Assembly (NCBI GenBank): GCA_964562525.1
Contig: CAZLTL010000004.1
Coordinates: forward strand, 6,171-70,170
DNA length: 64,000 bases
DNA from: an uncultured bacterium
GTDB lineage: Bacteria > Omnitrophota > Omnitrophia > Omnitrophales > Aquincolibacteriaceae
Direction of reading: 5' to 3'
The notes below the pieces were generated by a model, which was not told the DNA's origin, searched no databases, and worked only from the letters and a program-made list of their open reading frames with translations. The position numbers were made by a program, and so were the translations under genes. Numbering within the stretch: the stretch's first letter is position 1; every line of letters starts with the position of its first letter. Of this stretch, positions 36,647-46,446 are shown one piece after another.

Positions 36647-36674
36647 ACAGTCCTCGCTTCGCTGCGGAACTCGC
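36647..36674. repeat. intergenic repeat ACAGTCCTC..GCTTCGC..TGCGGAACTCGC, copy 2
   Basis: Matches 33541-33572. Embedded in a longer imperfect palindrome (cgctattctgctcgc ... gcagagcagcgataacg). Confidence 0.5.
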
Positions 36675-36757
36675 CGCAGAGCAGCGATAACGCTCCATAG
36701 GGATTTTGCTATTCGCCTTCGGCTCATAGCGACTGGAATTTTGCTAGCCGCAAAATA

Positions 36758-37123
36758 TCACTGAATGGCGAATTGTTTTAACGCGGATAAATCGAGATGC
36801 TCGAGCGCTGATATGTGGGTGGCTTCTAAATCCACCTGCGGGGCTTTGCCCGCGTCATAAGCTTCTTTCCAGCGCAACGCGCATAAGCACCATTTATCAC
36901 CCGGTTTGAGTCCGGGAAAACCCCAATCTTCTACAGGCGTCGAAAGGTCATTGCCGCGTGATTTTGAAAATTCAAGAAACTCCGCTGTGGCAACCATGCA
37001 GACAATATGCAGGCCATAATCATCGGGACCTGTATTACAAAATCCGTCACGGTAAAATCCCGTAACAGGGTCTTGGCAGCAGCTTTTTAGCGGAGTTCCG
37101 AGGACGTTTTTTGCGGTGCTCAT
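36758..37123 (-). CDS. DUF2237 family protein
   Basis: ..LGTPLKSCCQDPVTGFYRDGFCNTGPDD..WCLCALRWKEA, a pattern I recognise as DUF2237. Confidence 0.7.
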   Translation of the reverse strand: MSTAKNVLGTPLKSCCQDPVTGFYRDGFCNTGPDDYGLHIVCMVATAEFLEFSKSRGNDLSTPVEDWGFPGLKPGDKWCLCALRWKEAYDAGKAPQVDLEATHISALEHLDLSALKQFAIQ

Positions 37124-37188
37124 GGGCGGTATCTTAATGCATACTTTGTTTCTTGTCCCTTGTTGTTTGTAACCTTATAATTTGCGCC

Positions 37189-38655
37189 ATGAAAATTAAA
37201 GCCGGTCTTTTTATACTGGTGTTTCTACTCACTTTGGGCGGACGCATCTCGGCTGATGAAGCTTGGGAGCGCGTCCAAAAAACAGGCGAGTTGCGCTGGG
37301 GCGGCGATGCTGCGGGCGGCGCGCCTTATGTCTTTCCTGATGCTGATCAGCCCGATAGCTTGATTGGCTTTGAAATTGATTTGGTGGAAGCTCTCGCCAA
37401 GAAGCTGGGCGTGAAAGCAAAGTTTGTCAGTGTTCAATGGGATCAACTGGTGCCCGCGCTTTTGCGCGATGATTTTGACGCGGTGTTTAACGGTCTTGAA
37501 GTGACGCAGGATCGTCTTGCCGCGATTGATTTTTCGATTCCGTATTATTTCTTCTCCGAACAAATTACCGTGCGCGCTGAAAACAATGCCATTCGCACCT
37601 TCAACGATTTGCACGGCAAAAAAGTTGGCACGCTTTCGGCAACGCTGGCGCATAAGATTCTCGAAGATGATGGCAAGATCACCGCCATCGGTTATCCCTC
37701 GCCGGTGGAAGCTTACCGCGATCTTGAAATCGGTCGTCTCGATGCCGTGTTTATGGATGTTCCGATTGCGGCGTTTTATGCGGCCGGTAACCCCAAGTTA
37801 AAAAATCTTTCCGATCTTGCTGGCGAGGGGATTTACGCCGCGGGCGTGCGTAAAGATTCGCCGCAGCTGAAAATGAAAATTAACGAAGCCTTGATTCAGA
37901 TGATTCAATCGGGGGAGTTAAAGAAAATCTATCTCAAATGGAATATGTGGAATGAAAAGCAAGAGAAGCTAGCTGATCCCAAACAATGGGATGTGAAAAG
38001 AGAGCATGAAAAAAATCCCGTCTTAAAATTCGGGCGGCTTTTATTGCAGGGCGCGGGCATGACTTTGATTTTGTCTTTTCTTTCGATGGGGATTGCGGTC
38101 GTTGTCGGCTCGGCGATTTGCGCCGGTAAACTTTACGGTAATTGGTTTGTGCGCGGTTTTTGCAACGTGTATGTCGAAGTCGTGCGCGGTACACCGCTTC
38201 TGATTCAACTTTATTTGCTTTATTATGGTTTGCCGAATCTCGGCATTCAGTTACCGGCCTTTGCCGCGGCGATTTTAGGTTTAGGTTTCAATTATGCCGC
38301 CTACGAGGCTGAAATCTATCGCGCGGGGCTTTTATCTCTTCCTAAAGGACAGGAAGAGGCCGCTCGATCGCTAGGTATGACTGGCTGGCAGGCGCATCGA
38401 TTTGTATTGGTACCTCAGGCCGTGCGCACCATTTTGCCGCCTTCGACAAATGATTTTATTGCGCTGTTTAAAGATACTTCGCTGGTTTCGATTATTACCG
38501 TCATGGAACTGACACGCGCATACACAACGGCCGCGACCACGACTTACCGTTTTCTTGAACTCGGTCTCGCCACTGCGGCGCTTTATTTTTTGATGAGCTT
38601 TCCTTTGTCTTTGTGGTCACGAAAATTAGAAGGGAATTCAATAAGACATGTGTAA
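37189..38655 (+). CDS. amino-acid ABC transporter, fused periplasmic substrate-binding (family 3) and permease protein
   Basis: N-terminal SBP_bac_3-like domain (GFEIDLVEALAKKLG). C-terminal permease with the EAA-like motif EAARSLGMTGWQ. Confidence 0.8.
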   Translation: MKIKAGLFILVFLLTLGGRISADEAWERVQKTGELRWGGDAAGGAPYVFPDADQPDSLIGFEIDLVEALAKKLGVKAKFVSVQWDQLVPALLRDDFDAVFNGLEVTQDRLAAIDFSIPYYFFSEQITVRAENNAIRTFNDLHGKKVGTLSATLAHKILEDDGKITAIGYPSPVEAYRDLEIGRLDAVFMDVPIAAFYAAGNPKLKNLSDLAGEGIYAAGVRKDSPQLKMKINEALIQMIQSGELKKIYLKWNMWNEKQEKLADPKQWDVKREHEKNPVLKFGRLLLQGAGMTLILSFLSMGIAVVVGSAICAGKLYGNWFVRGFCNVYVEVVRGTPLLIQLYLLYYGLPNLGIQLPAFAAAILGLGFNYAAYEAEIYRAGLLSLPKGQEEAARSLGMTGWQAHRFVLVPQAVRTILPPSTNDFIALFKDTSLVSIITVMELTRAYTTAATTTYRFLELGLATAALYFLMSFPLSLWSRKLEGNSIRHV

Positions 38656-38807
38656 GTGTCGAACTGACATAGCCGTCGGCTTTCTTCGTCGTCCTGCATC
38701 GACAATGTTCATCGACATTGCCTGCTTCGGACTTCTTGAAATCCTAGGCTCTCTCAGTTCTTTGACTTTACACCTGCTTATGAAATCCCTTCTTGGAAAA
38801 CAAAAGC

Positions 38808-39509
38808 ATGCTTCCGTACATTAAAGTTAAAAATTTGGGAAAAAGTTACGGAAAGAATGAAATCATCCGGGATTTGTCTTTGGACATTAGTTCGGGCGAG
38901 GTGATTGTTTTTAAAGGTCCGTCCGGAATCGGTAAAAGCACATTATTGCGCTCGCTGACCTATCTCGAGCCTTTTCAAAAAGGCAGTATTGAAGTCGGCA
39001 AGTATGTTTTAAATGCGAATTTGGACCGCCGCAAAGAACGCGAAACGATTCGCGCGGTGAGGACGCAGCTTGGCTTTGTGTTTCAGTTTTTCAATTTATT
39101 TCCGCATTTAACCGTGATTGAAAATTTGACGCTGGCGCCTATTCAGGTTTTGAGAAAATCAAAAGAAGAAGCGTTGGAAGAGGCGCGAAAACTTTTGAAG
39201 AAAGTTGGGCTGGAAGAGAAGGCGAATTTTCATCCCGAACAACTATCGGGCGGACAGCGGCAGCGCGTTGGGATTGCAAGGGCGCTTGCGATGAAACCGA
39301 AAGCCATTCTTTTTGATGAACCGACTTCAAGTCTCGACCCTGAAATGAAAGGCGAGATCGTGCGAGCAATGAGCGATCTCGCGGCTGAGGGAATGACGAT
39401 GTTGATTGTGACGCATGAGCCCGCCGTTGTGGAAGGAATCGCATCCCGGATTATCCAGTTCAGCACAGGGCTTGAAGTTGTTTCCGACAAAAAAACACGG
39501 TTTCAATAA
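38808..39509 (+). CDS. amino-acid ABC transporter ATP-binding protein
   Basis: Walker A GPSGIGKST, LSGGQRQRV and ILFDEPTSSLD. Confidence 0.85.
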   Translation: MLPYIKVKNLGKSYGKNEIIRDLSLDISSGEVIVFKGPSGIGKSTLLRSLTYLEPFQKGSIEVGKYVLNANLDRRKERETIRAVRTQLGFVFQFFNLFPHLTVIENLTLAPIQVLRKSKEEALEEARKLLKKVGLEEKANFHPEQLSGGQRQRVGIARALAMKPKAILFDEPTSSLDPEMKGEIVRAMSDLAAEGMTMLIVTHEPAVVEGIASRIIQFSTGLEVVSDKKTRFQ

Positions 39510-39560
39510 ACACGGTTTTGTTTAACCGCTGAAAATAGAAACCGTTAATGAAAGAAGCTC

Positions 39561-40352
39561 ATGGTTGACTCCTCCCCGAAATTTCCCGCGAGCCTTTTAC
39601 TCTTATCTCAAGTGCAGCCGCTTCCGTTTATTACAGTTGAAGATTTAAGGAATGTTTTTGTTTTTCATAAGCCCGGATTGACCGCGCATTCGGCAAAAGG
39701 TTATGTCAGCCACTTCAGCACAGCCTCAGCTAGGCACGAAGGTTTTTCCTTGCGGGATTATTTTTCACAGGCGGGTTTGGATAAGCAGTATCCGCCGGAT
39801 GAAATGATTTGCTTCGGGCGGCTTGATCGAGATACGTCAGGTTTGTTAGTGTTGGCAAAAAGAAATCTTCACCCCAAATTCATTGATCAGGTTTTGCTTA
39901 ATCCGAATTTTAAAAAAACGGGACCCAAAGTGACTAAGGTTTATTGCGCCAAGGTGAAAGGGCAAATCGACGCTGAAAAATTAAGCCGTGTCCGTTCGCT
40001 TCAAATTCCCGGGGCGAATGAAGTTCCCGTTGAAGTGCGCGTGGAAAGCGCGCGTGTGCTTTCTGTGGTTAAGGAGGAGCATCTCTTGCTCAGCTCATTT
40101 GTGGAAATGGAAGTCAATGAGGGCAAGCATCATCAGGTTAAGAAAATGTTTTACGCTTTGGGACATCCCGTGCGCCTAGGCGGCTTGCATCGCACGCGTT
40201 TTGGCTTTTTAACTTTGGCATCGGCGCCGGATCCCGGTTCCGCTGAAATGGAAACGGGGAGCATTCGGGCTCTTTTTCCGGCTGAAAAGGAAGGGTTGGT
40301 TGAACTCTATAATGAGTGGCTTGGGTTAATGCGGAAGGAACATCAGATATAG
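39561..40352 (+). CDS. pseudouridine synthase (RsuA/RluE-type, no S4 domain seen)
   Basis: Catalytic motif FGRLDRDTSGLLVLAKR. Confidence 0.7.
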   Translation: MVDSSPKFPASLLLLSQVQPLPFITVEDLRNVFVFHKPGLTAHSAKGYVSHFSTASARHEGFSLRDYFSQAGLDKQYPPDEMICFGRLDRDTSGLLVLAKRNLHPKFIDQVLLNPNFKKTGPKVTKVYCAKVKGQIDAEKLSRVRSLQIPGANEVPVEVRVESARVLSVVKEEHLLLSSFVEMEVNEGKHHQVKKMFYALGHPVRLGGLHRTRFGFLTLASAPDPGSAEMETGSIRALFPAEKEGLVELYNEWLGLMRKEHQI

Positions 40353-40473
40353 ATGTTAAAAATATAGCAAGATATAGCATTCCATTGTTAAATAGTCTTA
40401 AGTATGTCATCTTTGGACTGTGAGCGCAGATTTTAAACAAGACGAGTTTTGTAACTGATTACGGAGTGAGATT

Positions 40474-40866
40474 TTGAAACTTTTTACGAAGAAGCAGCGC
40501 CTGATGCCCGAATGGATCGATAAGATTGAGGAGCTCAAGTCGGTTCGGATTTTACGCATGAAAGGCGACCTAAATACGTTTGCGGTCGCGCAGCTTGAGC
40601 GCTTCGCCGCAATTGTACGCCGCAAAAAGGGTTATGAGTTCAAACACCTTCTTTTAGATTTTACCCAGGTAACAAGCATTGATTTCGCCGCGGTGGCAGC
40701 TTTGGTCCGTACTCTGCGCGAGCATCAAAAGCGCAGTGAAAACCTAGGGCTGGTCAACTTGAAATCCGAGCTGCAGCATATTCTTTGGCTTGCTAAAGTG
40801 GGACATCTTTTCCCTTCTTATGCCAACGAAGCGGATGCCCTTAAAGACTTCGAAACCCGCTTTTAA
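40474..40866 (+). CDS. STAS-domain protein (anti-sigma-factor antagonist-like)
   Basis: 130 aa with a SpoIIAA-like pattern (..LRMKGDLNTFAVAQLERF..LLLDFTQVTSIDFAAVAAL). Confidence 0.65.
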   Translation: MKLFTKKQRLMPEWIDKIEELKSVRILRMKGDLNTFAVAQLERFAAIVRRKKGYEFKHLLLDFTQVTSIDFAAVAALVRTLREHQKRSENLGLVNLKSELQHILWLAKVGHLFPSYANEADALKDFETRF

Positions 40867-40970
40867 ACTTTCCTCTTTGCGCTGATTTTCCACGCTTTCT
40901 CCTGTTTAGGATTTAAACTCATTCCGAGTTATAATGAGCCTTCTTCATTTTATTTATTCGGGAGATTATT

Positions 40971-43115
40971 ATGAACCACGTTCTTGATAAGAAATCATCC
41001 GCATCTGATCTGTCGCATCTTTTTTCACCCCGTTCGATTGCGGTCATTGGCGCTTCGCGTCGCCCTGAAACTGTTGGCTATGCAATGGTAGACAACTTAG
41101 TTCGCGGAGGATTCAAAGGGGAAATTTATTTGGTGAATCCCAAAGCCGATGAGATTTGCGGTCTGAAGTGTTTTCATTCTGTCGAAGCTATTCCCGAATC
41201 CTTTGATCTCGCTGTTGTGATTGTTCCGCCGACTGCTGCCGCTGAAACCCTGAAGGCTTGCGGAGAAAAAGGCGCAAAGGCTGCCATTGTGATTACGGCG
41301 GGCTTTCGCGAAATCGGAGCGGAAGGCCGGAAGTTGGAAGATGCACTTTGCGCGGTCGCGCGCGATTATGACATTGCCATGCTGGGGCCCAATTGTTTGG
41401 GGATGATCAATACCGACCCTGATTTTTTAGTGAACGCCAGTTTCGCTCGTACGATGCCGGTGGCGGGTAATATTGCTTTTATTTCTCAAAGCGGCGCGCT
41501 GTGCACGGCAGTTTTGGATTATGCGAAAGGCGCGGCGATCGGTTTTTCAAAATTTGTCAGCCTGGGAAATAAATCCGCGCTGAATGAAATGGATATGCTC
41601 ACGTATCTTAAGAATGATCCGAAGACGCATGTGATTCTGCTTTACGTCGAAGATTTGGTGGACGCACGTAAATTTATCGAGGCTAGCCGCGAAATTACCG
41701 GTGAGCTTGAAAAATCAAAACCCATTTTAGTGATTAAATCGGGCCGCACCGCTCAAGGCGCGAAAGCGGCGCAATCGCACACGGGTTCGTTGATGGGCGC
41801 GGATGAAGTGTATGACGCGATTTTTGCGCAAGCGGGTGTTTTGCGCATGGACAGCATTCAGCAAATGTTTGATCTTGCGATTGCGTTTTCGCAGCAGCCT
41901 TTTCCAAAGGGCCCGAACACCGCGATCATTACCAATGCCGGCGGTCCCGGAATTATGGCGACGGATACGTGTATCCGTGCGGGCCTGAGCCTTGCCAAGT
42001 TAACACCCGAAACAGAAGCCGCGCTGGCGAAGGTGCTTCCGCCGACGGCCAACATTCATAATCCGATCGATGTGATCGGTGATGCGCGCGCGGACCGTTA
42101 TGAAGAGGCGCTTAAGGTCGTCGCGAAAGATCCGAATGTGGACAGTATCCTCGTTATTTTAACACCGCAGGCGATGACCGCGATTGAAGAAACTGCGCGG
42201 GTGATTGTGAAAGCAGCTAAAGAAATTAAAGTACCGATTATTTCCTGCTTCATGGGGATTGCTGACGTTTCGACCGGCGTCAAAATTTTGGAAGAGAACG
42301 GGATTCCGCATTATCGCTTTCCCGAAAACGCGGGGCAGGTCTTGGGTTTGATGAACCGGTATCAGGAATGGATTCAGCGCCCACGTACTTCCGTGAAAGC
42401 TTTTCAGGTGGACTCCGCGGCGGTGAAGAAAATTATTCAGGAAACCAAGCAAAGCGGACAAAGCATGGTTCCGATTGATCGCGCGATGGCGATTTTTGAA
42501 GCCTATGGATTTCCGGTGCTGCCGTATGGTTTTGCGCGCACGGCGCAGGAAGCGGCTCAACTTGCGGAAAAAATTGGTTTTCCGACCGTAGTCAAAACGA
42601 TTTCACCGCAAATTGTGCATAAATTTGATTTTGGCGCTGTGCGTTTAAATTTGAACGACGCGCAAGAAGTTGCCCAGGCTTGCAATTTGATGACCGCAAA
42701 ATTTAAGCAAGTTTTTCCGGAAGGGAAATTGGACGGATTTTTTGTGCAGAAAATGTCGGCAAAAGGTTTGGAAGTGATTTTGGGCATGAACCGCGATGCG
42801 GCCCTGGGCGCGACTTTGATGTTTGGTCTCGGCGGAATTTACGTCGAGGTTTTAAAAGATGTAACTTTCCGTTTGGCGCCTTTGCGTAAGCGCAGCGCGG
42901 AATTGATGGTTCAGGAGATTCGCGGTTATCGTATGCTGAAAGGTGTGCGCGGGGAAAAGGCCTCGGATATCGCAAAAATCACGGAATGTATTGAAAGACT
43001 TTCGCAGTTGGCTTGCGATCATCCTGAAATTCAGGAAATCGACATGAACCCACTGATGGTGCACGCCGAAGGACTGGGCGCTTCGGTATTGGACGCGCGA
43101 ATTATTTTAAAATAA
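40971..43115 (+). CDS. acetate--CoA ligase (ADP-forming) family protein, fused alpha/beta (CoA-binding + succinyl-CoA-synthetase-like + ATP-grasp)
   Basis: IAVIGASRRPETVGY CoA-binding N-terminus and a C-terminal ATP-grasp. 714 aa. Confidence 0.8.
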   Translation: MNHVLDKKSSASDLSHLFSPRSIAVIGASRRPETVGYAMVDNLVRGGFKGEIYLVNPKADEICGLKCFHSVEAIPESFDLAVVIVPPTAAAETLKACGEKGAKAAIVITAGFREIGAEGRKLEDALCAVARDYDIAMLGPNCLGMINTDPDFLVNASFARTMPVAGNIAFISQSGALCTAVLDYAKGAAIGFSKFVSLGNKSALNEMDMLTYLKNDPKTHVILLYVEDLVDARKFIEASREITGELEKSKPILVIKSGRTAQGAKAAQSHTGSLMGADEVYDAIFAQAGVLRMDSIQQMFDLAIAFSQQPFPKGPNTAIITNAGGPGIMATDTCIRAGLSLAKLTPETEAALAKVLPPTANIHNPIDVIGDARADRYEEALKVVAKDPNVDSILVILTPQAMTAIEETARVIVKAAKEIKVPIISCFMGIADVSTGVKILEENGIPHYRFPENAGQVLGLMNRYQEWIQRPRTSVKAFQVDSAAVKKIIQETKQSGQSMVPIDRAMAIFEAYGFPVLPYGFARTAQEAAQLAEKIGFPTVVKTISPQIVHKFDFGAVRLNLNDAQEVAQACNLMTAKFKQVFPEGKLDGFFVQKMSAKGLEVILGMNRDAALGATLMFGLGGIYVEVLKDVTFRLAPLRKRSAELMVQEIRGYRMLKGVRGEKASDIAKITECIERLSQLACDHPEIQEIDMNPLMVHAEGLGASVLDARIILK

Positions 43116-43291
43116 TTCGTCGATTGATTTCGTAACGATTAGTTATTGTAAAAAAACTTCTTCAGCCATTCGTCATCGCCTTTGATGGACACAATGGTTC
43201 GCTTAATCTGCTGCTGACAGCCCGCAATCTTGAACGAATACTTCTTTTTTGTGAAAAGCGAGCTTTTCGGAAGTTTGCGATTGGACATAGG

Positions 43292-43645
43292 CTAAGTCTC
43301 CTTTGTTTTTTGTTGGAATTGAACAGCGAAGCAGGACTGAGATTCGGAATAAGCCGGAGAAGAAATAGGGCGTTTAAATTCCGACGGAACTTCAAGTTCG
43401 AGAAGAAAAATCAAATCTAAGTCACGGATGGGCATGAGATAATCGAGACGCATCCAAAAACGGCTTTTGAGCCGAGGCGAGTAGCATTCGCCGTAACCTT
43501 CAGCGGCGCTGAGACCGAGAAACCGAAAAAAATCACCCTGAATGACTTCTTCTCCGTACTCGCCGTGCCTTTTTAAAGCAGCACATTCAACGAGTTTGAG
43601 CCAATCACCGCATTCGGGCGCTTTTTTTTGGGCCATAAACCTCAT
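43292..43645 (-). CDS. hypothetical protein
   Basis: 117 aa ORF with no recognisable motif. A 49-aa ORF (43139-43288, minus strand) follows it. Confidence 0.3.
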   Translation of the reverse strand: MRFMAQKKAPECGDWLKLVECAALKRHGEYGEEVIQGDFFRFLGLSAAEGYGECYSPRLKSRFWMRLDYLMPIRDLDLIFLLELEVPSEFKRPISSPAYSESQSCFAVQFQQKTKET

Positions 43646-44129
43646 CAGTTGAAGCGTGATGTTTTACCCATCAAAATCATCGGCGCAAATTCAAAAAAAT
43701 TGAAGTGATTTTCGTGTAAAAATCAATTTCTGTTTAAATTAAAAATCACACAGCCAACAACACTTTCCGTGCCATATTTCTTTACGAGACTGCTAACACC
43801 CGAAAAAATTCTCTAAAAACTAATTTTGACCTAAGCGCTTTTTCATTGAAGAAGAAGCTTTGGTTTAATTCGAACTTAGGAGGCGAAATAGCTTAAGCCT
43901 TTGAACTAGGGGCTAGTTTTTGGTTTTTACCAAAAAAAGGTTCAGTTTTTAGATTGGTATGACGATAGCAGTAGTAAGCTAAATAGGCTATTTTTGCTAT
44001 TAATTGATGGTTTTATATATTTGTTGATATGTTTATTGACTAATTATGTTTTTATGATACGTTTTACTTTGAAGAGCAATTTGAGAGTTTGGAAACAAAT
44101 TTAGCAACCGATAAGGAGCAGAGGAGAGC

Positions 44130-44330
44130 ATGAAAAAATTATTAGCAAAATTCAATAAATCGTTTAACAGCCAAAAAGGCCAATCGATGGTCGAGTACGC
44201 CTTGATTCTTGCCTTGATTGTAGGCGCGGCGGCTTTGATCATGAGTCCCATCGGACAATCCGTTACAGCGGCATTTCAGGGTATTATCGCAGGGTTTGCG
44301 ACTGGCGGTGGTGGTGCACCCGCGAACTAA
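44130..44330 (+). CDS. flp: Flp family type IVb pilin
   Basis: 66 aa with the prepilin motif G-QSMV-EY followed by a hydrophobic helix. Preceded by a ~480 bp AT-rich leader. Confidence 0.8.
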   Translation: MKKLLAKFNKSFNSQKGQSMVEYALILALIVGAAALIMSPIGQSVTAAFQGIIAGFATGGGGAPAN

Positions 44331-44354
44331 GCATTCTTATCAATTTCCGCTCTC

Positions 44355-44813
44355 ATGATCGGTTGGCTATTCCCTTCGCGTAAGGGGTTTCCTCGCAACC
44401 AAAAAGGGCAAGTTCTAGTTGAACTTGCCCTTTGCGGTGCGATTTATGCTTTATTGATCATGGGAACCTTTGATGCTTCGAGAGTGTTATTTCGTTTGCA
44501 TCAATTGACCCAAGTCGCGCGCGAAGGCGCCCGCATCGCAAGTATGACAGCCGGGATCGATAATGCGTCCGGTCAAGGCGTGGTTGATGGACGTATTAAT
44601 CAAATTCTGACTAAAATGAATTTGCTAAATAGTCCCGGACTTTTAGTTTCAATCACCCCGGTTGTTGTCACGTCCGACGACGGCGTTGAAACAAAGTTAG
44701 TTGAAGTTCAATTGTCGCAGAATGTGGCTAGTATTATCGGCGGCGCTTCGTTGATCCCCGGTTTGGCGAGTCAGACCATCTCGGTGACGATCGCAATGCC
44801 GCAATTTGTTTAG
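44355..44813 (+). CDS. TadE-like pseudopilin
   Basis: TadE N-terminal motif GQVLVELALCGAIYALLIMGTFDASR. Confidence 0.75.
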   Translation: MIGWLFPSRKGFPRNQKGQVLVELALCGAIYALLIMGTFDASRVLFRLHQLTQVAREGARIASMTAGIDNASGQGVVDGRINQILTKMNLLNSPGLLVSITPVVVTSDDGVETKLVEVQLSQNVASIIGGASLIPGLASQTISVTIAMPQFV

Positions 44814-44835
44814 CGGCTGAAAGCAAAAAATCAAT

Positions 44836-46413
44836 ATGTTCGGGCTTCAGATAAAACAAGGTCAAGCGGGGCAGGCTCTGATTGAAGCCGCATTAGCGCT
44901 TCCCGTATTGCTGATGTTAAGTTTTCTGATGATTGACGTGGGTACCGGTTTTTTTGTCCGAAACACCATGAACAATGTCGCACGTGATGAAGCCCGAATT
45001 TTAGCCACCGACCCAAAACTTAACCCAAATTACCGCCCTCCCGTAGGATCAACGCAAACTCCGCAGCAAGCTGTGGCTCAGGCAATCAGTGACGCTAAAA
45101 CCCGTATTACAATTCGCATCGCGCCGATTGCCGGTATGGGGAAACCACTTTCAGTAAGTAATGATGGGATTCAAATTTTGGTTCCCGGTGTTAATGGAAC
45201 CCCGGGCAATTTAACGGATAATCCCGTTGAGGTCCGGATTACGCGGCAATTGAATTTGATTTCAGCGAACTTTATACCCGACGCGGCGGCGGACCGCATT
45301 ATCAATACATCCGTTAGCGCTTCGGCTTTTGTTGAAAAAGGCACTATTTCCGGCGACATTAATCTTGTGACAGAGAATGGCAGGTCAATTACCACTGAAA
45401 CGGATTTGTGTCAGGAGGGAGAGATTTGTACTTGTGAGACAGATAAAACCCTTTGCACCCGCGAAGAACTTTGCAAGTTTTACGATAACGAAAGGGCGAA
45501 GTGCACACTTAAAGAAAGATGCGATTTCTTTGGAGAATGTGGTTGCAAGTATGATATCTCTAAGTGTAGCAATGAAGAACTTTGTGAAAAAGGGAATACT
45601 CGATCTTGCTGCGTTGCTTATGGTGGAGAAGGTGGAAATGGAAAAAAACCGAATGGCGAGCCAGCTTGTTCGGATTCTGACTATTGCTGGTATGGGACAG
45701 GAAATAAAATAAGCGATAGATGCTGTAAGGTTGCCTGGAACTATTTTTGCCCGGGAAACAATTCTTGTGAGCAATATAAATATTATTTATCTTTATTATT
45801 TCCAGACCCTCTAAAGCTAGGTGCTTACGAAAAGTACTATGTGAATTATTTTTGTTGTCCGCTAAATCCAGCTCCTGCCGAGTGTTGTGATTTCAGCACT
45901 CAGTATTGTAGTAATTCTACAAAATGCGAGAGAAGCGATATTAATGCTTGTTGCCAACTAGAACCTGGTCAGCCTGGATCAGAAAAATGTCACTGCCAAT
46001 ATGACATTAACCGCTGTAGTAGCGGTTCCGAATTTTGCCAATACTATCCGAATAGTGACCAATGTTGTCAGTTTGATCAAACGAAATGTAATGGAGAGCA
46101 GCTTTGTCGATTAAAAGGTGATCTTGCATCTTGCACAACGGATTGTTTAAAGTGCTCATATGCTTCCGCTAAGGATCCGGATGCTTGTTGCCGATGTAGG
46201 AGTGATTGGTGCAGTGATAACAATATATGCACCTATTATGATCAGAGCACTCGCTGCCGGTGTTTACCTGGGGGCGAAGGAACAACTAGCGAGTGTTGCG
46301 TGTATAGGCGGGATACGTCTTTGGCTTGCTGTCAGGCGAATATGAATCAGTGTAAGCCCGTCGATGTTTGCAGTGTGTATCCCGATCAGCCGAAATGTAA
46401 GGTTGAGGGGTAG
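44836..46413 (+). CDS. TadE-like N-terminal domain fused to a ~330 aa extremely cysteine-rich repeat domain (putative pilus-associated adhesin)
   Basis: N-terminus GQALIEAALALPVLLMLSFLMIDVGTGFFVRNTM is TadE-like. The C-terminal part has ~52 Cys with a recurring C-x5-7-C..CC pattern and internal repeats (CKYDISKCSNEELC / CQYDINRCSSGSEFC). Confidence 0.7.
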   Translation: MFGLQIKQGQAGQALIEAALALPVLLMLSFLMIDVGTGFFVRNTMNNVARDEARILATDPKLNPNYRPPVGSTQTPQQAVAQAISDAKTRITIRIAPIAGMGKPLSVSNDGIQILVPGVNGTPGNLTDNPVEVRITRQLNLISANFIPDAAADRIINTSVSASAFVEKGTISGDINLVTENGRSITTETDLCQEGEICTCETDKTLCTREELCKFYDNERAKCTLKERCDFFGECGCKYDISKCSNEELCEKGNTRSCCVAYGGEGGNGKKPNGEPACSDSDYCWYGTGNKISDRCCKVAWNYFCPGNNSCEQYKYYLSLLFPDPLKLGAYEKYYVNYFCCPLNPAPAECCDFSTQYCSNSTKCERSDINACCQLEPGQPGSEKCHCQYDINRCSSGSEFCQYYPNSDQCCQFDQTKCNGEQLCRLKGDLASCTTDCLKCSYASAKDPDACCRCRSDWCSDNNICTYYDQSTRCRCLPGGEGTTSECCVYRRDTSLACCQANMNQCKPVDVCSVYPDQPKCKVEG

Positions 46414-46446
46414 TTGTTTTTAACTGATTGAGATGAGGTTGTTTTT

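Noticed and set aside
43139-43288. 49-aa minus-strand ORF (MSNRKLPKSSLFTKKKYSFKIAGCQQQ...)
   Set aside because: No RBS or motif support; mentioned only as a possible small gene downstream of the 117-aa ORF.
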